Of a stretch of 64,000 nucleotides of DNA, positions 12,501 to 24,609 are shown piece by piece. Both the position numbers and the translations under genes were made by a program. This DNA comes from Gordius albopunctatus (taxonomy: Eukaryota). Location: NCBI GenBank assembly GCA_964276515.1, contig OZ193909.1:17670001-17734000 (forward strand), given 5' to 3'. The notes beneath the pieces were generated by a model that searched no databases, was not told the DNA's origin, and was given only the letters and a program-made list of their open reading frames with translations. Positions within the stretch are counted from its first letter, which is position 1. Every line of letters starts with the position of its first letter.

Positions 12501-15500
12501 AACATTTCTTCAAACTTGGGCTCCCCCCCATCACGCTTATATATATTTCGGCAACTTGACTTTCGCTACGAAAAAAGGATATCACGAAAATATGTTGTGC
12601 TCGTCAAAATCCGATTTTAAGACGAGCCCTTTTCTGTAACCTTCCCTCACGTGTTTTAGGAATTTAGACCCCAAAAATTATAAAGGGTTATTGTGGATAG
12701 GCCATTGGCAGAGCCCGTCCCGAATTGACTAAAACAACAAACAAAATTTTTATTAAATATGCTAAACTCAACTCGATATTGAATAATTATTTTTTTACAC
12801 CATACATGATATAGCTTCCAAGCTTCAGCATTTCCCCGGCTGTCTATTATAATATTTTGTCCTAAATGGCAAATCTTATTCTAATATTTAAATATATTCA
12901 TAGTAGATGTTACTAGCGAAATATAGGGAAATATTTTTAAGAATTTTTAACCTGGAACTCTTAAAAAATATTTTATAAATTTAGATTCCCAGTTTCAAAT
13001 TATTTGCTGAATAAATTGTAGCGAGTGAAAATAAACTTATCCTAGTTGTAAATTACGATTAGTAACAATTTAATGCCTTATGTATTTATATAGTAGTTTT
13101 CAAAAGTTTTAAATTTTCTATTTGAAAAATCGGGTCGGGCCAAAAATTAGAGTCATTCGGGCTCGGGCAAAATAAAAACTGAGACGTCGGCCCGGGTTCG
13201 GCCAGAAATTTTTTTATTTTGCAGGGCTCTAGCCATTGGTAATACAATAAAATGCTCGGTACCGGACTACAACAACATTTTTCTACATTTGATTGTGAGC
13301 TGCTGCTAGGCTTTAACGCGTTTCACGTACACACGTGTTATTTACGAGCGCTTTTATAACATACCCTTACCCCTCGCTTTAAAATTATAAAATGGAAATT
13401 ATACGCATTAAATTGATTTATTTGTTTTACACGAGGGCCTGAGCCTAGCTAGAATTGGGATTAGAAGGGGGGGGGTCAATACGAACCTGCGCAAATATGT
13501 AATCTGCTGAATGTTTAAGCATTCATTCTCCTGTTTCCCATCTTGGTGCCGCGCGAAGCGAAAAATACAAATGCATAGCAATTAATGGGGCGGGCGCCTT
13601 GGTAGTGAACACAAATGGTAACGAAAAAGTGAATGCAAATCATTTGAATAGGCTGCTGGCAAGTTAATATGCAACGAAAGTGTCTTTTTAAGTGATGCTT
13701 CCTTCTGGTGTGCTAAACAAGGAAAATAGTAAGTTTATCAATTGGATAGTAGGCAATAATCATATTTATACAGCACCACCAGAAATGTTTTTAAAAAAAT
13801 CACGTAGGATCAATTCAGAAATAACTTTTCTTGAGAAGCTCATTACACTATGGAAGAGCAAAATAAAAACAAATCTGCTGTCGTCCATGGTGTTTAGAAG
13901 AAACTTTTAAAAAGAGATCAAAGAAGGGAAAAGATCAATTGTCTAAGATAATTATAATGAAATGTTTAAATTTCCATACAGATGATGATGATTATTAATT
14001 TTTATATTTTAAATATGTATTGAATTTAATAAATATTGTATCTATGTAATATATGTAAAATAAAGTTATGTTTTCAATCAATATGCTTTATACAATCTTT
14101 TTAAACTTATAACCCTACTCAAGTAAATAAAATTAAATCTTTATTGAAATCAAAAATTTTTCCATTCAAGTATGTCATTATCAAAATAATTGGCCAATAT
14201 AAGCTTCTTTGCTGGAGTTATTAGTGAGCCTTTTGATGTTTTAAAATATCATAGGGGATATGTAGACTTTCCTTATCAATAATCATATTATGTAATATGA
14301 CACTCAAGTTTTGATTATCAAATCTGTTGTAGAAGGTTTCGTGCCCATAGCTCTACCCAAAATTCTGCATTTGGATGTAAGTATCCCAAACGCACATTCA
14401 ACCAGCCAGCCTTCTCGCTCTCGACAACCTATTATACTTGTAGTGTCTCATTGAGTTTGTACATTTAAAGTTATGAGTGAAACCATTTCAAACGCGAATC
14501 GCAGGCACTATGAATGAAACGTCAATTTGCGAATTGCCTGCGAAATTTCGCCACGCAATTTTTCATACAATATTTGATTTACTTTATTTATACCTTGAGC
14601 GATAAAACTTTACAAATTATACGAAATAACTATTTGCGACAATAAAAGGGGGTCTTACAGTAGGAAGGGTTTGTGATGGGGAAAGGTAGAGTAATCGGGA
14701 AGATTACTATAATTGCGGACAAGTACAATGATTAATAATAATTGATGGGGGGGGGTTGCATTCTACCCTGGGTGGTGGGCTTGCTTGATTGAACGAATCT
14801 TCAAACGGGGCTGCGAGATGAAAGCAGGCAGATGTTGCTGGCATAAAAGAAAAATTAATTAAAAAAAGAGAGCGTAACTTAGCCACTTCCGAGTATAGGT
14901 TAACCCACGGCAAAAGTGCCTTTCTTTAGCGAATTTCTTTTTTATTGAAAGGATTGCAGACCCCCACCTTATTTTTTACCCTCTTCACTGGTGCCCCCGC
15001 CCCCTGAGGGGGGTTCTTAGTTAATTGATGATATATCAGCTCGAGCTCCTGCTAAATTTTTACACAGATTTTCTGCTTCGTTCGACTAACCTCTCGAGCA
15101 TTTTTACGTGCTACTACTGTTAAAACTATTGCACCGAACATTACCCAGCTAGTGTTCGTGCTCGAGCATGGCACATAGTTAGCATTGATAAAGTTAGCAA
15201 TTTAACAACTCTAACCTTATATATATCATCAAAAAAATCTAAGTATATGTCGCGATAATTAAATCGCCTTGGTATACACGTATACCAAACCCATATTTAT
15301 TTAATTAAAGTTAAAAATGTTGCTTTAAAAATTATCGTTTCCTTTTTGCTTTTGCTAAACAAAAATTTATTTTTTCGAAATAGGTTAATATTTGAAGATT
15401 TGGTTGGAAAGCATAGAGCGTCCCACTTCAACAACGACCCACCCGCGTTTGATGGCAATAAAAATTTTTATACCGTCAGCCGCCTGCCCATCCAGGATAA

Positions 15501-18500
15501 CGAAGAGGTACTGTCGTTGTTGCGCTAACATTACAGAAAAATGACTAAATTTTCCTTTGCTTTATCTTATAAATTACTAATGTCCTTCGTCCTGTCCAAC
15601 TTGAGTTTCATTGATATGTGGAAACTTTTTTTGTAAAATTAATTTTGTTTTCGCGTAAAGGCCAAAGCTAAATAAATGGCGTTATATTGATTGTATAGCG
15701 GCTATAAACGTAAAAATCCTAATTTTACCTTTTGAAGCTTGATTGAACTCTTATGAACACACGGCGGTAAATTGTTGTTTTTTTCCATGAATATTCAGCC
15801 GTTAACACTTTATAAACTCGTATATATTATATATATATAAAAAATGAGAAATAATGAATCCACTAAAAAAAACCGTAGTTCACGTATATAACATTAACAT
15901 TTTTTTCATTGCGCTCATACAGCTTGTGATTACGGGTGCTCTCCTGATTGAGGATCGCAAGTTGGAGTATAAGGTGAAGGTTAAATACGCTGCGGAGGTC
16001 AATTTGTTTCAGCTACAACAATTTTGGGAGGGCAGAATGACGGATATGCCCCAGGACCCGGTTCAAGCCATAGACGTGGCCATGAAACACGTCTCTAACA
16101 TAATGTACATTCCTCAAATAATTGATATTATGCAGAGATTGTATTGCTTGAATATGGTTTGATTACGTAATTAGTTACTGTCAATCTTTTGCAATAATAT
16201 TGGTTCTTTAATAGAATTAGTCTTGATTAATGAGAGATACGAAACGAAGAAAAGCGGGTAATCTTGTTTCCTACACCGTTGGGTGCTTTATAAGTTTACT
16301 TACTAGTGAAGTCTTTTGTGTATCCTATAAATTTATTATTTGACAGGGAGATTCCGGTGGGCAGATCTTTATACGCTTTTCCAAAAACGTTCCAAGATTT
16401 GGGTGAGGGTTGCCAACTTTGGATGGGTCGTTTCCAGAGCGTTCGCCCGACGCAATGGAAAATGACTTTAAACGTAGACCGTAAGTTTTTTTCCTAAACA
16501 TTTTTTGCATAAGGGACTAGGAAAATTTTTGCACTTTTATCTATACATTGACTTCTAATGTCAATTACCCTAATTTGCTCTTTATTTGTCACCACGAATA
16601 AATTATTTTTTACCGTAGCATTCTCTGAATATGAATTTTTTACGTTTAATATTTTTTTTTATTTATAACAATGTGTATCGAATATCTTTGAACCTCGTAA
16701 AATATGCAGTTGCTGCCACGGCATTCTACCAAAAGATCAACATGATTGATTTTATTACGCAGTTTCTGAGGCAGAGACAGCCCCCCATGAATATGACCCC
16801 GCACCAGAGAGTTCAACTGCAGAGAGAGCTAAAAAGTAATCACACTTCCCATACAAACTTGTAGTGAGTTTTCCTTGAAGCAACAAAGTTTTAATGAAAG
16901 TGGGAGGAAATGAGTTGAAATATTTCGCGCCACTTGACAAAAATTTAAAGGGTGCTTTAAAATTATAGCATAATGAGGGGAAATAGAACTGGTTTTGGAC
17001 ATAAGCGAAAGTGTTAAAACTTCGTCAAAAGATGGACATTGAGCATCTAATTACATTAATTACTTTTTTAAAAATAATAACCTATATGAGCCATTCCATG
17101 ACATATCAAAACGGTTTCGGCCCACCATCTCAGATCGAGATTATTTTTTCTGAGAATTTACACCCTATAGGAAATAGTAATTTCTGAAAACTTTTTAAAT
17201 TATGGCAATAATAGTAAAATTTGTAAAACGCACCCGAGCATGATTTTGGCCATTTTAGGGTCCATAACTCAAAAAGTATTGGCCCAAAATGGTTAAAAAA
17301 ATCGTCTTTTTTTTTGACGAAACGACATGGAATAGCACATGTGGGGATCATATATATTGGTTTATAAACAATAAAAGGCAGAAATGACCTTACAGAATAT
17401 TCTGCTTTTATTTAGAATTTATTTTTGATTCGGGAATTTCTTGAAAGTTATAATGTTTACACATATTTCTCAACTTTTTTTGTGTTGTGTCCTCATTGAT
17501 TTTTTGCTTATCCTTTAGATTTGAAGGTGCGGGTTAACCATACGGGAGCCATAAAGAGAACCTACGTGATCCGCGAACTCAGCAAAGTGCCCGCTAGTCA
17601 ATTGACGTGAGGAACTAAACTTTAATTTTACTTTAATCTCTCTAGAGGCCTCCTCTACTACCTCTGCTTAATTTGATTTGATAAAGGCTATGAGTTTTGA
17701 TTACTCTGAACAGGCATAAATAGCTTTGGGATTTGATTTTTCCACAATTTTACTTTTTCGTTGATTGATATTTCTTGAAGTTGCAGACCGCCTTTTCCAT
17801 GGGTCTTTGACAGCTCTTTTGCCTTTTTTTGTTTTGCATTTTATTTATAAATATAAAGATATTCATGTGTTTAAATTTGCGAATTGCCACGTTTTCGGTC
17901 GACCCTCTCATATTTTTATAAAATTTGTTTGAAATTATTAAATTCTCAAAGTTTTAGCTCTTTTGGGCTTTGACTTTTTCCAACTTTGATAAGAACAAAA
18001 ATATAATCGTGCTCACCCATAAAACTACCAGAATCTGCAAACAGTTTTTTGATTGATTTTACAAGCTCATTTATTATTTATCTGTTTTTTGATTTGACTA
18101 GAAAAAAACAAGATTATCTATATATATAAAGTAAAGTTTGTATGTGGATAAGAGCTAAATTCTGAAACTACCGGCCCGATTCGCGCGAAACTTAAAATGG
18201 CTTGTTCAGATTCCCAAAATTCCTTTTAGTTTTAAAAAAATCGGACATTTCCCGGTTTTATACGTTTTGACGTTTAATAAAATGTCAATCAAACGCTAAA
18301 AAACATCGTAACCTTATTTACTCATCGTTTTTTACAACTCCCCGTTCAGTTTCGCGATGGAAAGGGACGGTGTCAAGAAAACAACCACGGTGGCGGAATA
18401 CTTTGCCAAGCAATACAACCACCCCCTCCAATTCCCTAACCTGCCTTGCCTCAGAGTTGGGAGTATGCAGAAGCAAACCTACTTGCCCATGGAGGTGATT

Positions 18501-21500
18501 GCTATGCCTTCTACCCCCTTCATTTACCAAATAAAATATATATGAGGGGAAAAAATATCAAAATTTTACCAGCAAAATCCATTCCTCATCAATTTTTATA
18601 TTGGCAGCTACAGTTTTTGAGGGTCGTTAATTGTATAAAACCTTAATTTTACTTTTTTAATATATAGATTGATATAAATGTATTATTTTAATAATACTTT
18701 TTGGGGGCCCTTTTATTCCTAGGTGTGTGATTTGAAAGAAGGCCAAAAAAAGAATAACAAGTTGACCGATCAGATGGTGGCAACAATGATAAAGGTATAC
18801 AAAACTATGCAACCAACATCCATCATACCTAAACTTTATTTTTTGGCCCGATAAATAATCATCTAATCATACTTGCCCCCATTTCTAGTTTCAATTCTCG
18901 TGCTTTACTTTATGATGAAAATTCAGCTCCTTAACTTGCTTCTCTGGTTGAAGACGTTGATTTAAGCACTCTGAGAGACGTTTAATTCAGCTCCTTAACT
19001 TGCTTCTCTGGTTGAAGACGCTGATTTAAGCACTCTGAGAGACGTTTAATTCAGCTCCTTCACTTGCTTCTCTGGTTGAAGACGCTGATTTAAGCACTCT
19101 GAGAGACGTTTTTTTACCTACATATATATTGCTTTACTTTTTTACAGTTTACTGCAATACCGGCCCCAGAACGCGAGCGAAAAATTATGGAGGAGGTAAT
19201 TTCGAAAACGTTTCTATTATTTTTTTGTTCGCCAGCGTTTTTTTAAAAAAGAATCGCAGAAAAGTGCATCTGATTTAACACACGTTTTGCGGTAGCTTTG
19301 GTGTAATATTGTCGATTAAAATTTGATTTGTTTTGCAATTTGAGGTGGTGGACAATACAACACGAGTTTATCTACGCGTTTTTATTTGTACTGTTTAATC
19401 TGTTGGAGTCTAAGCTGAAGAAATCTAAGGGTGTGTCTTAAACGCGATTTTGAATCTAGATTAAAATATATTAAAAAAGCGAATGGGTGGTAAAATATAG
19501 GCGCGTCTTAATACGAGCGCCCCTCCATTTTCCAATTTTTGCCGTGGTTTTGTTCACATAAATACGCTTACTAATGCCTATTCATTCACATGGGAACTAA
19601 ACTATTGATTGCACGACGTGCAGATCGCATATTTGGACCCAAAAATTGGCTTTATGAAGTTGAATCGTATTTAAAATTCTTTTACTCTGACTAATCACAT
19701 TTCTCATTTGCCCATAACGTAACGTCACACAGGTCAGAAAAGCAAATTACAACGAGGATCCCGTGATGCAAGCGTTCGGGATAACAGTAGGAGATTCCAT
19801 GTTGGAAACAGATGGGCGCATTATTCAACCTCCCGACGTTTGCTACATGCGAAATGTGAGTTTGGGCACTAGAAAATATGCCAATTTTTATGGCTAAATT
19901 TAACTAATTTCTCACATTTTGACTTGAAAAATTAAATTGAACTTTATAGGGTTTACAGATGGATTATAATTTCAAAAAAGATCAATGAATTGCGTTAAGT
20001 GGGAGATTGTGGTCATACATAATTTGTCTGTAGGCTAGGATTTAAAGGGGTGTAAATTTATAAATTTTGTATTGGCATTTCATATCATTTTTCGCACCCA
20101 CCCTCGGCTCCTAAATTTCGAAACATTTATTAGAATTCTGGTAGATGAGTTCCCTTTATGATTTCACTCTCTGCATAGCTCGAGCTTAAAAATATTTCTC
20201 CTAACTAATTATTTCTTTCCCACGAAATTCCAAAGACCTCCAGCCATTTTTATTACCAATTTTTGCCATAAATTCTACACTATAGCATATTTTCCAACTT
20301 TTAAAGTCATGGGCGTAGCCAGGATTGTTTTCAGGGAGGGGCTAAATGATACCATAATTATAGTAAATATTTGGATTTAGAGGGGGGGCATCAGCCCCTC
20401 CCTGCCACCTATCTTCCTTGACTTATTTTTGAGAATTTTAAGGCTAAGCATGTAGATAATAGATGAGCAATCTCCATCATATTTAAACCTACTTTTCCTC
20501 AATTGCTTCCTAATAGTGTTGTAAAAATGACTGGGTTTTGTTTGGTCAGCTTTGGTTTTAGTCGATTGAACATAAACAGACTAAAGTTTTGACCAAAAAA
20601 CTTTGTAAATATATAACAACTATCTTTGCTTCCCCCCTCCCTTTACTTAGAACACCAAAGCGGTGGTTACACCCGTACGAGGTGTATGGGACATGCGAAA
20701 GGGGGAGAAATTTATTCGGGGAGCCCAACTCAACAACTGGGCCCTCATCTGTTTTGAGGACGAGAGGCGATGCGGTTTGGATCAATTATTCCGCTTTTTC
20801 ACCGAGCTCTCCAACATGGGCCGTGAGATGGGAATGGCGATAAACCCCAAACCCGGCTTTCACGTTTTTGCTCGAGACGGGGCCCAAGCTGAAGGAATAT
20901 TCTCACAGATCGTTAAAGACAATCCCGGAATCCAAATGATTGTGGTCATCTTACGGGGACGAGATTTCACTTACGGTAAGATTATTTAAAACCCATTAAG
21001 ACCGGACACTATTTTTCGAAAGATCCAAGCCAATTAATTAGCAAACATGATAAAATTAGTATATTATTTCTAATATATTGACTACCCTTATCTCGACGCC
21101 TAGGCGAGATCAAGCGTTTGGGAGACGTCGTGTTCGGCGTGGTCACTCAGTGCATCCAATCCAAGAACGTGCAACGCACCTCCCCAGCCACGCTAAGCAA
21201 TATTTGCTTGAAAATCAATGTGAAATGCGAAGGCTTGAACAACATCGTGAATTGTCCGAGCCGGGCTGCCCTCTTTAAGGAGCCCGTCATAGTGTTGGGC
21301 GCCGATGTCACCCACCCCATGCCCGGGGATATGAAAATGCCATCCATAGCTGCCGTTAGTTTATTTGTTACTCTTTTATTTCCTTTTTCCCCCAGCCTTT
21401 TGATAGCGCGGGTGCGCTTGAAAATTGTAATGTTGGTAGCATGGGAATTTGTGTTTTTACAAATTATCTCTATCGTTTTGTGCACTCGTGTCTTAAGGAG

Positions 21501-24124
21501 ACCTCGGTTTTGCTTAGTTCAACTTTGGACGAACCAGCATTTTTAGGTCTTATTTTTAAAGTACGGCTAAGCTTAGTTAGTGGTCGACTGCCTTGATTTT
21601 TTTATCAAGAAGTATTTTTTACTTAAGACCTTAATCAAAATGACTCTTTAGACGTACGTGGGGATTTGTTTAAGATTTGAACTCTGCCAATTTGGAATTA
21701 GCATCGACAGAAATAGTGCTTTAATTTGTTTAGTTGTAATTATCGTTGCTTTTATTGCATCCATTACTAACACTTTTTAGGCTTTCCTATAATTTTTAAT
21801 ACTTTCTTTTCTTTTTATTAAAAGATTAAAAGTGAATTGAATACTCTTACCTCAAACTATTTATGTAAAATTTCACGATTTAAAACACTTTGCCAGGTGG
21901 TTGGCAGTATGGATAGCTATCCCCAAAAATACACGGCTTGCGTAAAGGCTCAGGGACACCGAGTCGAGATAATTGAAAATTTGTGCGAGATGGTTCAGAT
22001 TTTGCTTAAGCGATTCTATCGCGCAACGTCTGCAAAGCCCAAAAAAATCATCTTTTACAGAGACGGAGTTAGTGAAGGCCAGTTTCTTCAGGTACGGAGG
22101 ACGTGCATTAACTATCTATATATTTCCTTGCTTCAACGCGCATCTCCTTGTTTTGCTTCTTCCTAGTTGAAAATAAATTTAAATGATGACTATTTATGCT
22201 GCTAGTATTATAACTACTCAATTACCATGGCATCTGAATCTCAAACCCTTGACTATTTTTGCTGTAACAATGAGCCTCGGATTTTTGAGCTCGCTTTAGT
22301 TGTGTACATAAACTAGTGATGTAAAAAGACAAAGACGTTAACACTAACAACCGACTCAACAAAAACGGACCAAATCCTCTGGTCTATTTTTCAAATTTCG
22401 ACCAAGCCTTTTGCTCTGTGTGCATTGTACCCTTTTGAGCTGCACTTTTTGTATATTCTCTATTTTACGATTGGAAGCATTACATTTAATTTTCGCGCAA
22501 TAGGTGCTTCAGTACGAACTCCAGGCCATCCAAAAGGCTTGCACGATGCTTGAAAAGGATTACCAACCTCTCATAACTTTTGCTGTTGTCCAAAAGAGAC
22601 ATCACACCCGTCTGTTTTGTGCCAACGAAAGAGATCGCGTAATTTGTTCAAAAACTTTGCTTTTTTTACGTACATCTCTTTTTTATGTGATGTTTAAAAT
22701 AATGATACACGTGTAATTTTTGTAAAATAGATGTGGACCGATAGTTTCAATTTATATTTATTACACACGTTTTAGTTAAGTTTAAAATTTCTCGTACTTC
22801 CATTTTAGACGGGGAAAAGTGGAAATATACCACCCGGAACCGTGGTTGATAAGGGAATAGTTCATCCCAGGGAATTCGATTTCTTTTTGTGCAGCCACGC
22901 TGGCATACAAGTAATTTTATCTCAATTCTTAAAAATGGGTTTTCACGTTATGAGATCTTTGGACATCTCTAAAAATATGAATATGGATTAATTACCGATA
23001 GGTGTTACAATCCACTTTCGAACTTCGTGCATGCCTATTATGGTGTCCCCTGTTAAGAAAGAATTTTTATTACCTAAAATAGATTGGAAGCTAAGCTATC
23101 ACTACCCCTTTAAGCTCGTTTATAATAAAATTTTATATGTTTTGAAGGCAAACGTGTGCATGGATTTTTACATAAAATTACCATTACTAATGCTGTCTTA
23201 AAAAGCTTGTCACTTTTTAATTTTATAACGTTGAAAATTCATTAATCAGGGAACATCTAGACCCACACATTATCACGTTTTGTGGGATGATAACAATTTT
23301 ACGGCCGACGCTTTCCAAAGTTTCACTTACGCCCTATGTCACACCTACGTCAAGTGTAATAGGGCGGTATCTATCCCGGCCCCTGCTTACTACGCTCATC
23401 ACGTCGCTTTCAGAGCCCGTCATCATTTGGGAGATTTGCAGAGGTTTGTGCTCCCTCTTTTCCCACTTTATTTTATTACTATGCCTAACGATCATAAAAT
23501 AAATAATTTAAATAGAAGGCTATTCATCAAATTCGTGTAGTCAACGTGGCCCATGTGTCAGATAAAGTTTTGTAATTATATTTGCTATAAAAATCCCCAT
23601 TTTTCACGTAAAATGAAGCTGGGTGAGTATATAGCTTATTTAAAAATTGCTAATGCTTTCTTGCCAAAAGAGACGCAACAAGAAGCTACTATTAGAATAA
23701 TATACATTCTTGGTTTCCTTCGTTTTTGCTCATCCCTTTATATACTAAGAACTTTTTTTATAAATTGGATTGAGAATTAACATGCCTTATAGCTAGTGTG
23801 CGAAACTAATTCAGGGGAAGAATTGGAATCAGAGGGTGGATTTGTTGGAAAATTTTAAGTAGGACTGCTCCCGGCCCGAATTGATGACTCTTTAAATTCT
23901 TGGCACAAATTTCGTTTTATTTAGAAAATTAACTAAAGATTTTTTTGATATTATAAATTTTTCCTGATTGAAATACAATAATTGATTTTTATTTTTATTA
24001 TTACAGCGATAGCGGATCAACGGCTACAGCGGTTAGCGAAAATACTCCAACCTACAATTTGGAAAACATCAATAAGGCCATCAATTTGCAGCCCAATACC
24101 GCTCAGCGCATGTACTTTGCTTAA
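9512..24124 (+). CDS. AGO: Argonaute, AGO clade (miRNA/siRNA type), ~871 aa, 19 exons, DEDH catalytic tetrad intact
   Basis: Exons: 9512-9523, 9564-9644, 9686-9846, 15384-15507, 15923-16104, 16347-16480, 16710-16835, 17519-17606, 18350-18494, 18723-18794, 19148-19195, 19733-19855, 20651-20975, 21104-21354, 21897-22091, 22504-22638, 22809-22910, 23250-23443, 24007-24124. All GT-AG and phase-consistent, total 2616 nt. Motifs: [31 protein letters not shown] (TVAEYF..LPCLRVG..YLPMEVC), MID ([12 protein letters not shown]), PIWI ([46 protein letters not shown]), C-terminal MYFA*. Exons 1-2 are less certain than the rest. Confidence 0.96.
10051..10235. repeat. Tandem duplication, ~90-bp unit x2
   Basis: ATGAATT.CTCTAACATAAGATTTAGGCCTATGC...AAAAGACTTT repeated at 10051 and 10141. 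Confidence 0.9.
12107..12240. mobile_element. CATGGGCGTAGCC-family MITE
   Basis: CATGGACGTAGTC ... GGCTACGCCCATA termini with poly-G/poly-C interior, as in the other copies. Confidence 0.7.
12709..13231. mobile_element. hAT-type MITE (same family as 1701-2220) in Argonaute intron 3
   Basis: CAGAGCCC ... TGCAGGGCTCTA termini flanked by a perfect 8-bp TSD GCCATTGG (12701-12708 / 13232-13239). Confidence 0.85.
14160..14480 (-). pseudogene. PIF/Harbinger transposase C-terminal remnant
   Basis: Minus strand reads YNRLSRARR-(frameshift)[18 protein letters not shown], matching the Harbinger N..LSRARR.VE.AFG.L..KWRIL motif. Confidence 0.7.
18117..18310 (+). mobile_element. Helitron 5' fragment (related to 5221-6178) in an Argonaute intron
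   Basis: A|TCTATATATATAAAG start. Shares ...AAACTACCGGCCCGATT... and TATACGTTTTGAC.TTTAATA.AATGTCAATCAAACGC with the 5975-6050 region. Confidence 0.6.
18920..19111. repeat. Tandem repeat, 64-bp unit x3, intronic
   Basis: ATTCAGCTCCTTAACTTGCTTCTCTGGTTGAAGACG.TGATTTAAGCACTCTGAGAGACGTTT starting at 18921, 18985 and 19049. No spacers. Confidence 0.95.
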
Positions 24125-24609
24125 ATAAGCTTTAAGCGCACACATGGACCACACAGTGCGATCTCATAACCACTTCCTTAACATAAAATGTTTAGCCTGG
24201 AAAATATCTAGGCCAACCCTTTATCTCTAATTGTTAATACTCTTTTTATAGGATGTATAATTTACACACTTAGGACCGATTTAAATAGATATGTATCATC
24301 ATTTATGCCCCAGTGGCTTTATTTTACTTTACGTTTTATAGCATTCTTCAAAACATTTAAAATTCCATAGCACCTTTATATTTTGATTATGTTGTGGAAC
24401 AACTCTTAAGTTATCTTGCCTTTATACAAAGTTCTTATGTTGCACATAGGAATTATTTACAGAGATTTGTATATGTTTCATTTGTACATAATAAATTCAA
24501 TAAAAGCATTCAAAACATTTGTGAGTTTTACAATCATCGTGATCATTTAATATTTGGTCCCACAGTCGTAGGGTTTGTTTTGATTAGCTTTTTCCTCATG
24601 ATCGGGTAA

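Noticed and set aside
18920..19111. CRISPR-like array
   Set aside because: Units are directly adjacent with no unique spacers, the context is a eukaryotic intron, and there are no cas genes.
20558..21485. Antisense or overlapping ORFs over Argonaute exons (and similar ones over RTE and Gypsy)
   Set aside because: Shadow ORFs are expected opposite GC-richer coding sequence, and they have no recognisable motifs.
9512..24124. Prokaryotic Argonaute defence system or PIWI-clade gene
   Set aside because: Spliceosomal introns and AGO-clade motifs (GADVTHP, QKRHHTR, MYFA) are present; the neighbours are ordinary animal genes.
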